A DNA stretch of 64,000 bases. It comes from a virus. The translations under genes were made by a program, and so were the position numbers. Of this stretch, positions 21,702 through 31,692 are shown piece by piece. The DNA lies in the IMG/VR virus record IMGVR_UViG_3300025889_000085, positions 1 through 64,000 of that record; one strand, 5' to 3'. How positions within the stretch are numbered: position 1 is the first letter of the stretch; each line of letters begins with the position of its first letter. The notes below the pieces were generated by a model. It worked only from the letters and a program-made list of their open reading frames with translations, did not search any database and was not told the origin of the DNA.

Positions 21702-22112
21702 TTAAGCAACTGGAACTGCAACTGTTGCAGGTGTTGTTCCGCTGTCTGCACTGGTACCAACCAAGAATTTGTCATCTGTTTGATTCCAAACAAACTTGTT
21801 AGTAATTCTGCTGGCGTAGAATGTAGCTGCGTTAGCATATGTACATTCAATACTCATTGTGTTGGCAGTTAAGTTACCACTGTCAGTATTTGCCAAAGAG
21901 CATACACCTTCGTTTCCTGCTAGGTCATTAACTAAAAACTTAGTAGCTCCTTTTTTGCGTACAATGTATCCTGTAGCAGCACTGTTACCGCCTACTTTAA
22001 CTTCAGGACTAATTTGATTGCCTGTAATGCTGGTATTACCACCAACTTGAGCTGTTCCTACTGGATAACCAATATCAACTGTTGCACTTTTTGCTGTCTT
22101 AAATTTTGCCAT
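21702..22112 (-). CDS. Probable virion structural protein (136 aa), own late transcription unit
   Basis: AAGGAG SD at 22120-22125, TAAATA at 22182-22187, own terminator. Confidence 0.65.
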   Translation of the reverse strand: MAKFKTAKSATVDIGYPVGTAQVGGNTSITGNQISPEVKVGGNSAATGYIVRKKGATKFLVNDLAGNEGVCSLANTDSGNLTANTMSIECTYANAATFYASRITNKFVWNQTDDKFLVGTSADSGTTPATVAVPVA

Positions 22113-22196
22113 TTTATTTCTCCTTAATTTAGCGTTCTAGGCCGCCCGGAGTGGCGCTCCGAGAGTTCATGTGAACAACTGTATTTACCGTAAACA

Positions 22197-22231
22197 TTGA
22201 CTATTTGGGCTATACCCAGTATTATTAAATA
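22197..22231 (+). promoter_or_regulatory. sigma70-type promoter plus adjacent late box for the PfkB gene
   Basis: TTGACT (22197-22202), 17 nt, TATTAT (22220-22225), then TAAATA (22226-22231); ATG at 22236. Confidence 0.7.
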
Positions 22232-22235
22232 AAAT

Positions 22236-23054
22236 ATGAAAATATTAAGTGTCGGTCACGTCTGCACAGACTTAGTTTACTACAGTAATACCATACCTAA
22301 CATAAACAACAAAATAGGTTGTGAGCGTGCAGAGATCATTCTCGGTGGTAACGCTGCCAATGTGGGCCGTGCCCTAACTGAATTAGGTGCAGAAGTTGAA
22401 CTTTGTACTGTGCTGGGCAACCAACAACATGCATATTCAAAAATTATAATTGAACTGTTAAATGAATATGGCATCAATCACGATTATGTAAAATACAAAG
22501 AAGATCTAGCAACACCAAGTAGCATTATTATTGTAAACGACAAAGGCGAACGCACAGTTGTCTATCATCAAAGTGAAGAAATAAAACGCAAAATAAGTTT
22601 GCCCACAGACTACGACTTTGATTTAATTACCGCAGACAATCACAGAATGCCCATGGTCAATGAAATATTTTCTGCAGCACGTTTAAACAACATACCCACA
22701 ATGCTGGACATTGACGCACCAATAGAAACGTTAGAATCATACCCCAAGGCAGACTACGTTTGGTTAAGTTATGAAACTTATGCTTTGTGCAACCTCAGCA
22801 TCTACGATTTGCAGCGACAGTTTGGAGGCTTGGTAGGATATACTAACAGTGAGGATGAAATTTGTTGGTTAGAAAACGGCGAAGTAAAAACTTGCCAGCC
22901 AGAAACTATACAGGCCCTTAATACGTTAGGCGCGGGTGATGTGTTTAGAGCACAGTTTGCAGTATCAATTTGTAATGGGTTATCTGTTGAAGAGGCTGTA
23001 AAAGCAAGTTGTCACACCGCAGCATTACACTGTCAACAGTTACCAATTGCATAG
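22236..23054 (+). CDS. PfkB/ribokinase-family carbohydrate kinase (YihV/ketohexokinase-like)
   Basis: GGNAANV...LG N-terminal signature; S.IIVNDKGERT lid; NTLGAGDVF anion-hole/catalytic Asp motif. Confidence 0.9.
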   Translation: MKILSVGHVCTDLVYYSNTIPNINNKIGCERAEIILGGNAANVGRALTELGAEVELCTVLGNQQHAYSKIIIELLNEYGINHDYVKYKEDLATPSSIIIVNDKGERTVVYHQSEEIKRKISLPTDYDFDLITADNHRMPMVNEIFSAARLNNIPTMLDIDAPIETLESYPKADYVWLSYETYALCNLSIYDLQRQFGGLVGYTNSEDEICWLENGEVKTCQPETIQALNTLGAGDVFRAQFAVSICNGLSVEEAVKASCHTAALHCQQLPIA

Positions 23055-23059
23055 CCAAC

Positions 23060-23084
23060 AAAAAAGGACCTTTCGGTCCTTTTT
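23060..23084. terminator. Bidirectional rho-independent terminator between the convergent kinase and capsid genes
   Basis: AAAAAGGACC-TTTC-GGTCCTTTTT; the loop reads GAAA on the minus strand. Confidence 0.9.
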
Positions 23085-23115
23085 CGCTTCCCATCCCTAT
23101 GAGAATTTTCAGTGA

Positions 23116-24300
23116 TTACTGGAAGCTTAGGTTGCTTACATTAATCTCACTTAGGTAGTCGCCTGCGTTACCTAGAGAAGATGCTGTGTTTGTCAACTCA
23201 ACATATCCATAACGAGTCATAAAGCCTACGACTGGTTCGAATGTTGCTGGGTCTAGAACAACACCACTGCTCATCAATGGAATGTATGGGCAGTAGAATG
23301 CTGCGGCATCAGCCTCGCTGGAACCTTTGTAACCAACTAGAACAGCAGTTGTGTCTGCTGCATAGCTGTCTACGTAGATACGCATTGCGCCGTTTAGTGT
23401 ACCAACAAACTTGGTGTTTGTAGGTGCTTCGAATGTACCTTCTGTGGTACGTGCGAAAGCAGAAGTTGTTGCGCTCTGTAGTACTGTTAGAGCGGCTGGA
23501 CTTACAACTGCCCAGTTACCTGCGCCGCGACGTGTACGCTGTGCAATCAAGTTTGCACTGCGGTTGATTAGAACAGCTAGAGCAGCGTGTTCGTCACCAA
23601 CGAATGTAGCGGTACCAGATACTGTTGCCTGGTTGTATGTGAAGTCAGTAGCGGCTAGCGCACGTAGACTACCTAGAACTTCTTGGTCGATTTCAACGGT
23701 AATCTCTTGTGCTAGAGCAGCCATGATTTCTGCTTCAACGTCAAGACCATGCATGCTTTGTGCATCTTGGGCAGCTTCAAATGTCCAACGTGCGCTTAGC
23801 TTACGTGTCTTGGCTTCTACAACCTGCTTCAAGATTTGAACGTTGATTTTACGTCCTGGGTTGCCTTCTAGTGCTGTTGTACTAGCAGCACGACCTGTAG
23901 ATAAACTACCGGAATATGCTGTGGCAATCTTAAATGGGCTCAGTGCTTCGTCACCAGCGGTTGTGCTTGTGTCGAATGGTGCAGGTGCTGTGCTTGTAGC
24001 AGTTTCAGCATAACGAACACGTAGAGTGTGGATCTGTGCAACAGGTCCTGTCATTGGTTGAACACCAACGATTTCGTTAGCAATAACTGTAGGCATAACA
24101 CGTCGAATTACTGGTAAAATTACACGGTTTAGTGTAGCAACGTTACCAGCAGCGGTTGCGCCTGCTGTAGCAGCTTCTGCCAAATGCTTGCGAGTGTTTT
24201 CTAGGATAACACCCATTGTGGTTCTCTTGGAACCTTGTAGACCTTCTAGCAGGGCATCTTTTGTTTCGCCCCAACGGCCTTCTAGTAGTGCTTGTGTCAT
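23116..24300 (-). CDS. gp23: Major capsid protein (T4 gp23-like)
   Basis: VGVQPMTGP, TRKLSARWTFEAAQD, EITVEIDQE, AFYCPYIPL and FMTRYG motifs; AGGAG SD. Confidence 0.95.
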   Translation of the reverse strand: MTQALLEGRWGETKDALLEGLQGSKRTTMGVILENTRKHLAEAATAGATAAGNVATLNRVILPVIRRVMPTVIANEIVGVQPMTGPVAQIHTLRVRYAETATSTAPAPFDTSTTAGDEALSPFKIATAYSGSLSTGRAASTTALEGNPGRKINVQILKQVVEAKTRKLSARWTFEAAQDAQSMHGLDVEAEIMAALAQEITVEIDQEVLGSLRALAATDFTYNQATVSGTATFVGDEHAALAVLINRSANLIAQRTRRGAGNWAVVSPAALTVLQSATTSAFARTTEGTFEAPTNTKFVGTLNGAMRIYVDSYAADTTAVLVGYKGSSEADAAAFYCPYIPLMSSGVVLDPATFEPVVGFMTRYGYVELTNTASSLGNAGDYLSEINVSNLSFQ

Positions 24301-24324
24301 TTTTTCTTTACTCCTAATTAGGGT

Positions 24325-25422
24325 TTATTTAAGCCCTGCTAAACGTTTAATTTCAACAACATTATTATCGTTGGTTTCAACGCTGACCTTAGCAGATTTA
24401 TCACCTGTCACTTCTTTACGATTCTCTGTAACCATTTGCTTTTCGGCTTTTGGTTGTGCAGAATTGTTTAGAACTGCTGGTAGATACTTATCAAATGCAG
24501 ACTTCAGTTTCTCGGTCTGCACATTTTCCAAAAGCTGGCTCATTACTTCCTGCTTTTGCTTGTTCAAGGGTTTCATTAACTCGTTTAGAGTATCCTGACG
24601 CTCTTGACTTTCCTTAATCATGCGAATTTCACGGTCTTTTGATTCAACTAGTTGAGCCTTCTCATCAGCAGCAGCCTTGGCTTCTGTGATTTGTTGCTCT
24701 TTGTCTTCTAGTGCCTTCACAAGTTTAGCGATTTCCTTGTTCTCATTTAAGTGAGTAATAGCAAATTCACTGGCAAAGGCTTCGAATAGACGACGTCCAA
24801 AGTTGTTCTCGCGAGCAATTTGAATGTCTTCTTTTAGTTGAGTCAATTCAGACTCTAGTTTCTTGCCTACAGACTCCTTGACAAGTGCAGCAGATTTAGC
24901 AACAAATTTGTCTTGTAGTTCAGCTAGTTTGGACTTGGCTTCTGCTACTAGACGTACTTTTGTTTCTACTACGTCTTGCTTGTCTTTTGCAAACTCTTGA
25001 ATTTCTTCTGCTAGAGCTTTGATTACAAACTGCTCAAGTTTCTGTGTAGATTCTTGTGCAACTTTGCGATCAGAGCGCAACTCTTTGATTTCTTCTGCTA
25101 GTTTTCCAACTAGAAATTTATCAAACTTGCCAGCGGCTTCTGTCATACGCTTGTTAAAACGTACACGGTCTGCTGCCAACTGTTGCTTTTCCTCAGCAAA
25201 TTCTGTGAGTTCTGCTTGGAGACCTTCTGTGACCATCTTGTCTAGAGCTTCGACCATTACGCTTTTATCGTGTTCATAGCGTGTAGAGAACTCATCGCGC
25301 ATTTCTGTGCGAATTTGTTCACGTGCTTCATTAAGTTTGGATTCCCAGGCTTCATTAATTGCAGTCTGAGTTTCTTCGTTAATGATACCACTGTCTACTA
25401 ATGGTTTGATAGCATCAAACAT
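24325..25422 (-). CDS. Prohead scaffolding protein (gp22-like)
   Basis: 365-aa Glu/Lys-rich coiled coil between the protease and capsid genes. Confidence 0.8.
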   Translation of the reverse strand: MFDAIKPLVDSGIINEETQTAINEAWESKLNEAREQIRTEMRDEFSTRYEHDKSVMVEALDKMVTEGLQAELTEFAEEKQQLAADRVRFNKRMTEAAGKFDKFLVGKLAEEIKELRSDRKVAQESTQKLEQFVIKALAEEIQEFAKDKQDVVETKVRLVAEAKSKLAELQDKFVAKSAALVKESVGKKLESELTQLKEDIQIARENNFGRRLFEAFASEFAITHLNENKEIAKLVKALEDKEQQITEAKAAADEKAQLVESKDREIRMIKESQERQDTLNELMKPLNKQKQEVMSQLLENVQTEKLKSAFDKYLPAVLNNSAQPKAEKQMVTENRKEVTGDKSAKVSVETNDNNVVEIKRLAGLK

Positions 25423-25436
25423 GGATCATTCTCCTG

Positions 25437-26072
25437 TTATATTTTTAAGTCTTTGATGAGGCGCATTACTTCCTCACGCAAATACTTCTGTACCTTTTGA
25501 TTAGCACCGGCATCTTTTGCCATTTCGAGCACCTTGTGTCCCCCACGCATATTCAATAAGCCTTCATAGACTGCTTTTGGATATGCGTTTGGAGCACTAG
25601 GCTGTGCTACAATATCAACTGTGACTATATCAAAGTCACTGACGTGTCCAGTACCCTCGTTAACGTTACCGCTACCACGACTGCTTACGCCTAACTTCAC
25701 ACCTGATTCCAACATAGTTTGCACTAGTTGACCCATAGGTGTTGGAAGAACCTTTAATTTACCAAATCCGTTTGGACCGTCCATCCACATTTCTGTAATC
25801 ATGTGACTGACACGATCTAGGTTAATTTTTAAATCGTCTGGGTGATCTACTTCACCCAATACACTATAACCTTCTGTGATTTGCTTGTTAATATTACCTA
25901 CAGCATCGGAAATTTCACTAACGGGGTATACTCTTTGGTTAGCGTTTTTAACACCGCCCTGTATGAATATACCCTTCATATAGAGATTTTTACCTTTGCC
26001 GTCAGCGTTTGCCTCCGCTATAACTTCCATTCTAGCGTTGTCAAAGGTTAAATGCTCTTTAAGTAGGTTCAT
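25437..26072 (-). CDS. gp21: Prohead protease (T4 gp21-like)
   Basis: GIFIQG.VKNANQRVYP, LGEVDHP, VSH, LGVSSRGSG and DIVAQPSAP motifs. Confidence 0.92.
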   Translation of the reverse strand: MNLLKEHLTFDNARMEVIAEANADGKGKNLYMKGIFIQGGVKNANQRVYPVSEISDAVGNINKQITEGYSVLGEVDHPDDLKINLDRVSHMITEMWMDGPNGFGKLKVLPTPMGQLVQTMLESGVKLGVSSRGSGNVNEGTGHVSDFDIVTVDIVAQPSAPNAYPKAVYEGLLNMRGGHKVLEMAKDAGANQKVQKYLREEVMRLIKDLKI

Positions 26073-26085
26073 TAGTGATTATACC

Positions 26086-26880
26086 TTATACTTTACCTGC
26101 ACCGGATACTTTTTTCATATCTGGCTTTGTGGTCATTCCCATACTTGTACTCTTTGGTGTAGCACCGCCTTTGTCTTCGCCGCCTGCGTCGAAGTCAACT
26201 GCTTTACCGCCCATGTCGTTTTCGCCAGCAACTACAGACTCAGTGTTTGTACCTGCTTCTTCGCTTTCGACTGGGGAACCAACTTTTTCCAAGTATTCAC
26301 GGATCCACTCAGATTCTGTCATTTTGCGACTTTTCTTGGATTCAGCAACTTGAGGCTCCTGCTCTTCAGCAACTTCCTCTTCCTCTGCAACTTCCTCTTC
26401 TTCAGCAACTTCTTCGGTTTCCATAGCAACTTCTGCCATTTCGTCACCGCCCATGTCCATGTCCATGTCGCCTTCTTCCTCACCCTTGTCGCCCATCAAA
26501 GCATCAAATTCTGCTTTTAGTTCGTCAAGTGCGTCTTCTAGGTCCATAACACGGTCTTCGAGTTCTTCGTCGCCGTCCTCATCGCCTTCCTCATCGCCTT
26601 CTTCTTCGCCGCCTTCGTCGTCCATGTCCATCTCGACTTCTTCTTCGTCATCCATTTCCATGTCGTCGTCTTCGGCTTCAGCCATACCTTCTTCATCCCT
26701 AGTGATTTCGTCTACCATATTGGCGACTTGATCACCACCGACTTCTTCTAGGTCTTGCTCATCAATTAATGATTCGTAGATTTCACGGCTCTTTTCTACA
26801 ACGATGCTGTGGAAAAGTTCACGTGCTTTATCTTCGTCTTCGTTAATGATGTACTCAATTAGTTGTTCATATTTGCTCAT
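26086..26880 (-). CDS. Highly acidic prohead core-like protein
   Basis: 264 aa, very Asp/Glu-rich, between portal and protease genes; TAAATA at 26928-26933. Confidence 0.6.
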   Translation of the reverse strand: MSKYEQLIEYIINEDEDKARELFHSIVVEKSREIYESLIDEQDLEEVGGDQVANMVDEITRDEEGMAEAEDDDMEMDDEEEVEMDMDDEGGEEEGDEEGDEDGDEELEDRVMDLEDALDELKAEFDALMGDKGEEEGDMDMDMGGDEMAEVAMETEEVAEEEEVAEEEEVAEEQEPQVAESKKSRKMTESEWIREYLEKVGSPVESEEAGTNTESVVAGENDMGGKAVDFDAGGEDKGGATPKSTSMGMTTKPDMKKVSGAGKV

Positions 26881-26991
26881 GTGTTTGTTTCCTTATAAAA
26901 AACCATGGGTTTAAAATTCTGTATAGTTATTTACAGAATATACGCATTTTATGGGTTAAATAGGCATTTTTTGAATGATTTCAGTGGCTAA

Positions 26992-27225
26992 TTATAAGCC
27001 AAGTCCGCCGCCAGCGGCTTGTTGTGGTGGTTGATACTGTTTAGACACTTTATCTAGCATCTGCTCGTGCTCTAACTTACGTGTATCATTCATGGCACGT
27101 AATTTATTAATTCTATCCAAAGTTAAACGTGTTTTACGTGTATCCGTGGCCTTAATAGCAGTGTTATCGTCTTTTTCAGAATAATAACCTTCTGGTGTTT
27201 TGTTATAAAGTTCTTGCAAGTGCAT
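26992..27225 (-). CDS. Small head-module protein (77 aa)
   Basis: DTRKTRLTL..INKLR basic motif; directly downstream of the portal gene; TAAATA 5 nt before the ATG. Confidence 0.7.
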   Translation of the reverse strand: MHLQELYNKTPEGYYSEKDDNTAIKATDTRKTRLTLDRINKLRAMNDTRKLEHEQMLDKVSKQYQPPQQAAGGGLGL

Positions 27226-27248
27226 ACTGTTATTTACTAAAAATTTGG

Positions 27249-28949
27249 TTAAATTGCTGGTGCAGCGCCTGCAGGCGCTGCGGTGGCGGGTCCTACCCCT
27301 GCTGCTCCACCTTCTTCAGGTGGTAGTTCAGGAATTGCTGCAGATTCTAAGTCACTGTCTAGTCCACCAGGGCTAATGCCTACACTACGTAAGCCGGCTT
27401 GTTCAACTGGCGCTTCCGAACTGTTGCCCTGTTCTTCACGCCACATACGTTCATTTTCCGATAGTTCTTCTTCAGTTAGACCCAAGTAACGTGTCAACAA
27501 GAAACGCTTACTCAAATATGGGTACTGCTCTAACTGAGTGAAACTGCCAATTCTTGCGCCATCAACTTCAGCCTGTCTGTAACTGGCAAAGTTCTGTGGC
27601 TCATTAAACTGTAAATCAAACAGGTTAGCGTCAATGTTAATACCACGCCAACGTAGGAAAATCTTAAACTCTTGGTCTAGTTTTTCAGCAATCATACGTT
27701 GTAGGCGCATACAGTACTGATTAAAACGCCATTCCTGAATAAGTGCAGTGCCTACTCTACCATCACTGAATGTGTTGGGGTTGCTGGTACCATCGTCTAA
27801 GCCTGTGGGCAAATAACTGGCCGGAATACGTAGGCCTCTAAACAGTTTGTTAGTAAAGAAGTGCAAGTCTGTGATCTCGCCCAAATTCTGTCCACCTGGT
27901 AGTGTTTCTACGCTACTGCCTCTGCCGTCCGCAGTCTGTGGGAAGAAAAAGTCTTCGTTGGTGCTCAGTGGATTGTATGTGGCATCCATCATGTTCTGAC
28001 CACCACCTGTCTGTGTTGGAATACGACGTTGGTGTACTTCGTTCTTTACACGCTCCACAAATGCCATGGCCATGTGGCTAGGCATGTTACCCACGTCAAT
28101 CTTAAAGATTCTACGCTCTGGCGCACGTTGCACACGATAGATAATAATAGCGTCTTCAAGCAGTTCTTTTTGCTTGAACACTTTAAACACGTTTTCTAAA
28201 ACTGAATTGCCAAAAGGCCAACTAAAGTCCAAACCTTCTGTTAGACTCATGTGTACAATGTGTTCGGCGTTTACTGTTGTTTCGTTTTGTGCATGACTAA
28301 AACGTGTGCCTCCACTGTAAGGAGTTGCTGGCTGAATGTAAGCGCCACTGGGACCGCCAACCTGCGGATGGTTAACTGCTACATCACTGGCGTTTACAGT
28401 GGTTGCAGTCAAGTTCATAAAGTTTGGCTGCAAGTCCTTGATCACATACTGCTCGGGTTTTTTGCCTTCTGCTTCATTGACAATAACTTTAGTAACCTTA
28501 CTCATTTCAACCCAGAACATTTTAAAAGTTTCTGGATCTCTAATAAAAACTTGGTCTCCGTACTTGATAGTGTTACGGAACATCTTAAAGATACGTTTAT
28601 TTAATTCGTTTAAACTGATCCACTGTTGCAGTTGTTCACTGATAATCTTAACTTCACTGTCAGTGGGTTTGTCTTTCCAAAAGAACTTGAATGTGCTGCC
28701 GTTTTCATCATTGGTCTGTGTGCTGAACTCAGCAAGAATGTCCAATGCAGCATTTACTTCACTGTCCATGTCCATTTGTTCGTACTGATTGTAACGTTCA
28801 ATACGGTTTGGATGTCCAATGTAAACTTCTGGTAAGTTACTTTGGAAGTTTCTGTAGTTAAAAGTATTGGACTGCCCGCTTTGACTGCTACTGATTGGAC
28901 TCAGTGCGCCACTGGTGTTTGCGGTTCTAAAATATTTTTTCCAAGCCAT
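27249..28949 (-). CDS. gp20: Portal vertex protein (T4 gp20-like)
   Basis: LLEDAIIIYRVQRAPERRIFKIDVGNMP, EDFFFP, VETLPGGQNLGEI.D and LRIP.S motifs. Confidence 0.95.
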   Translation of the reverse strand: MAWKKYFRTANTSGALSPISSSQSGQSNTFNYRNFQSNLPEVYIGHPNRIERYNQYEQMDMDSEVNAALDILAEFSTQTNDENGSTFKFFWKDKPTDSEVKIISEQLQQWISLNELNKRIFKMFRNTIKYGDQVFIRDPETFKMFWVEMSKVTKVIVNEAEGKKPEQYVIKDLQPNFMNLTATTVNASDVAVNHPQVGGPSGAYIQPATPYSGGTRFSHAQNETTVNAEHIVHMSLTEGLDFSWPFGNSVLENVFKVFKQKELLEDAIIIYRVQRAPERRIFKIDVGNMPSHMAMAFVERVKNEVHQRRIPTQTGGGQNMMDATYNPLSTNEDFFFPQTADGRGSSVETLPGGQNLGEITDLHFFTNKLFRGLRIPASYLPTGLDDGTSNPNTFSDGRVGTALIQEWRFNQYCMRLQRMIAEKLDQEFKIFLRWRGINIDANLFDLQFNEPQNFASYRQAEVDGARIGSFTQLEQYPYLSKRFLLTRYLGLTEEELSENERMWREEQGNSSEAPVEQAGLRSVGISPGGLDSDLESAAIPELPPEEGGAAGVGPATAAPAGAAPAI

Positions 28950-28981
28950 TCGTTGTCTCTTTAGTACTATATTTACCTAGA

Positions 28982-30784
28982 TTATGCAGCCTGCACAAGT
29001 CTTCTTAACAATTGATTAGTGTCTTCTTGTAATGTTACCTGTTGTTTCTGCCCTCTAGCAAGTTCGGTCATTGCTTGTTGAAATGCTTGTGTACGTACAT
29101 CACTAGCAGGATTTGGTAAATTACTGCCAACTGTCGAAGTAGCAGTCTGGGGAACTTGACTTTGCTCTTGTGCAGTTCCTGGACCAGTGCCGACAGGACT
29201 TCCTGGTGTTGTAGGCGGGGGAGTTGTCCCTGTCGAAGGAACAAACTTTGCTAATAAATCAGTGATTTTATCTAGGCCAGCGCTCAAAAGTTGAGCACCT
29301 TCAATACTTAATTTTACAATATCTGCAGTGGTTTGAAATTTACCTAATGCTATAGATTCAATAGTAGACTGTAATTTAAGTAACTCAGTATTAACATCAT
29401 CAATTGTGGTTGTAAAAGTATTTTGAATACCAGACAAACGTTGGGCAGCACTGGCTTGTGCTTCTACAGCACTTGCAAGTCTGTTAGACTGGCTTGTTAA
29501 TTCACTAATTGAAGAATTTAACAAGTTAAACAGTTCCGGGCCTCTACCAGCACTCTGCAAGAACAGTTCGTATCCATAAGTTTTTTGCAAATCTTTTCCT
29601 GCTTGGCCTACGTCTTGCAGCAACTGTGCTTGCCTCTTAGCAAATTCTTCTGGAGGTAAATCTTTCAGTGCAATTAACTGTCTCAGTTTATCAGTTAGCT
29701 CAGGTGCCATAGCCTGCAATCTTAAATTAGTCTGACTAGTAATATCTGCACCAACTGCTTGGGCTGCAAACAATTCTTGTGCATATGCTGCTGCCTGTGG
29801 AGTAAGTTGACTTAATGTGTTAGTCAAGTTCTTTTGTGCATCTGCACTGGCGTTTGCATAAGCATTTTGATATGCTGCGCTTTGAGAACGCTGTTTTTGC
29901 TCGTCCCTAATTTGCTGTGTGCTTTTGCCTGTTAGTAAACTAATTTCTTTTAAATTAAGCAAGTATGGTTCTGTTGTTGCTGCCAACTCTTGCTGATTCC
30001 GTGACTGACGTACACCTAACTGTGACTGTAGTGCCACAGTTTCAATTAACTCTGTATTCAAACCCTCAAAGCCACCGTATATTGTTCTAAGACCAGCGCT
30101 CATCTGTTTACCAGCGCCTACTAATGCCACTGCTGCTTGCTCACTGTTGCCACCTAACAGTGCCAAGTTAGCTGCTTGATTACTGACAATACTGGTAAAA
30201 CTCTGCAGACTTAGTCCGCCAGCAGCGGCTGCTGCTTTGGCCTGTTCCAGACTTGCTCCAAATACTAAACCTGCTTTTGACAGTTGATTAAAGTTATTAA
30301 CTAAACGTTGTGTAGCATCCAACTGGAAGTTTATGGCTTCACCAGCAAGCCTAATTACACCTTCACCTAATTTTTGAAGTCCTTCGACAACATTTCCTAA
30401 AATTGGAATGAACTTAGTAAATCCACCTACAGCATCAAAGACAGCCGAACTCAAAGTGGACAAAACACTAGTAAACAAACCGACCATTGGTTTTACTGCG
30501 GTAAATGCTTCGGTGCTGGTAGCCATTGCAGCAGGAACGCTGACCATACCTGATATCACTGTGCCAGCGGCATTGGCTAGTCCTTTAAATCCGGCAACCA
30601 ATCCATCAGCAGCAGCCACAGACCTTTTCTTAGACATTGTTTCTGCATCTGTGGCTTCACTGGCAGCACTGCTACTTCTTGCCAATTGAAGTAGTCTGCC
30701 GCTTACAGTATTTGCAGCACCACTAAGGTTATCGGTTCCTTGCATGAACCTTTGTAGAACTTCTTTTAAGTCGTCTTCATCCAT
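28982..30784 (-). CDS. Tape-measure-like protein candidate (600 aa)
   Basis: Ala/Gln/Leu-rich helical composition with a hydrophobic stretch; length close to T4 gp29; divergent from a chaperone-like pair. Confidence 0.5.
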   Translation of the reverse strand: MDEDDLKEVLQRFMQGTDNLSGAANTVSGRLLQLARSSSAASEATDAETMSKKRSVAAADGLVAGFKGLANAAGTVISGMVSVPAAMATSTEAFTAVKPMVGLFTSVLSTLSSAVFDAVGGFTKFIPILGNVVEGLQKLGEGVIRLAGEAINFQLDATQRLVNNFNQLSKAGLVFGASLEQAKAAAAAGGLSLQSFTSIVSNQAANLALLGGNSEQAAVALVGAGKQMSAGLRTIYGGFEGLNTELIETVALQSQLGVRQSRNQQELAATTEPYLLNLKEISLLTGKSTQQIRDEQKQRSQSAAYQNAYANASADAQKNLTNTLSQLTPQAAAYAQELFAAQAVGADITSQTNLRLQAMAPELTDKLRQLIALKDLPPEEFAKRQAQLLQDVGQAGKDLQKTYGYELFLQSAGRGPELFNLLNSSISELTSQSNRLASAVEAQASAAQRLSGIQNTFTTTIDDVNTELLKLQSTIESIALGKFQTTADIVKLSIEGAQLLSAGLDKITDLLAKFVPSTGTTPPPTTPGSPVGTGPGTAQEQSQVPQTATSTVGSNLPNPASDVRTQAFQQAMTELARGQKQQVTLQEDTNQLLRRLVQAA

Positions 30785-30850
30785 ATTTTGTCAGTGGTAT
30801 ATTGCCAGATAAGTATTAGTATATTTATGGTATTCTAACCGCCTAATATT

Positions 30851-31687
30851 ATGAGTTCAAATCCATTACAAAAACACTACAGACAGCCACAACTTTATTT
30901 AAAATTGCCCAGCGGCGGCAAGTGGTGGCCTAAAAACAGCATTGACTGGCCGCAGACTGGAGAACTTCCAGTATACTCAATGACTGCCAAAGATGAACTA
31001 GCAATGAAAACTCCCGATGCACTGCTAAACGGTCAGGCCACGGTTGATGTTATACAAAGTTGTATGCCTAACATTAAAAATGCTTGGCACGCACCTGTTG
31101 TAGACTTAGACGCTATATTAATTGCTATCAGGCAGGCCACTTATGGCAACGAAATGGAATTTAACAGCGTATGTCCTCAATGTAACAATAAAAATGAGCA
31201 CATAGCTGATTTAGGTTATTTGAGCAGTGTGATTACTTGTCCAAAATTTGAAGAAAGCATTCAAGTCAAAGACTTGGAAATCTTTATTAAACCCAACAAT
31301 TACGAAACTTTTAACAAAAACAGTATGCGTAATTTCGAAGAGCAAAGATTGATTCAAACTGTGGCCAATGACAAGATCAGCGACGATGAAAAGATGGTAC
31401 AGTTTGCAAAAATGTTTAACACTTTACTGAATATCACAGTAGAACAAGTAGCAGACAGTGTAGTAATGATCAAAACTGCAGACAATGAGCGAGTAGAAAA
31501 CACAGCCTATATCAGAGATTTCTTTAGTAATTGTGACAAAGAAATTTTTACAGCAGTTAAAGAAAGAATAGATCTGCTGTCAGAAGAAAACAGACTGCAA
31601 AACTTGGAAGTTACCTGCGAAAGTGAAACCTGTCAGCATCAATATCGAGCGCCATTACTGTTTGAACTTAGCAATTTTTTCGCCTAA
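30851..31687 (+). CDS. Baseplate hub assembly protein / tail assembly chaperone (gp26-like)
   Basis: LKLPSGG..., MTAKDE...KTPDALLNG, DLDAILIAIR.ATYG, two Cys pairs (CPQC, CESETC), C-terminal NFFA. Confidence 0.75.
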   Translation: MSSNPLQKHYRQPQLYLKLPSGGKWWPKNSIDWPQTGELPVYSMTAKDELAMKTPDALLNGQATVDVIQSCMPNIKNAWHAPVVDLDAILIAIRQATYGNEMEFNSVCPQCNNKNEHIADLGYLSSVITCPKFEESIQVKDLEIFIKPNNYETFNKNSMRNFEEQRLIQTVANDKISDDEKMVQFAKMFNTLLNITVEQVADSVVMIKTADNERVENTAYIRDFFSNCDKEIFTAVKERIDLLSEENRLQNLEVTCESETCQHQYRAPLLFELSNFFA

Positions 31688-31692
31688 GGCTT

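Noticed and set aside
22131-22150. preQ1-I riboswitch-like GTTCTAG
   Set aside because: The flanking stem is only 3 bp, there is no A-rich 3' tail, and it is antisense to the adjacent gene and upstream of the kinase promoter
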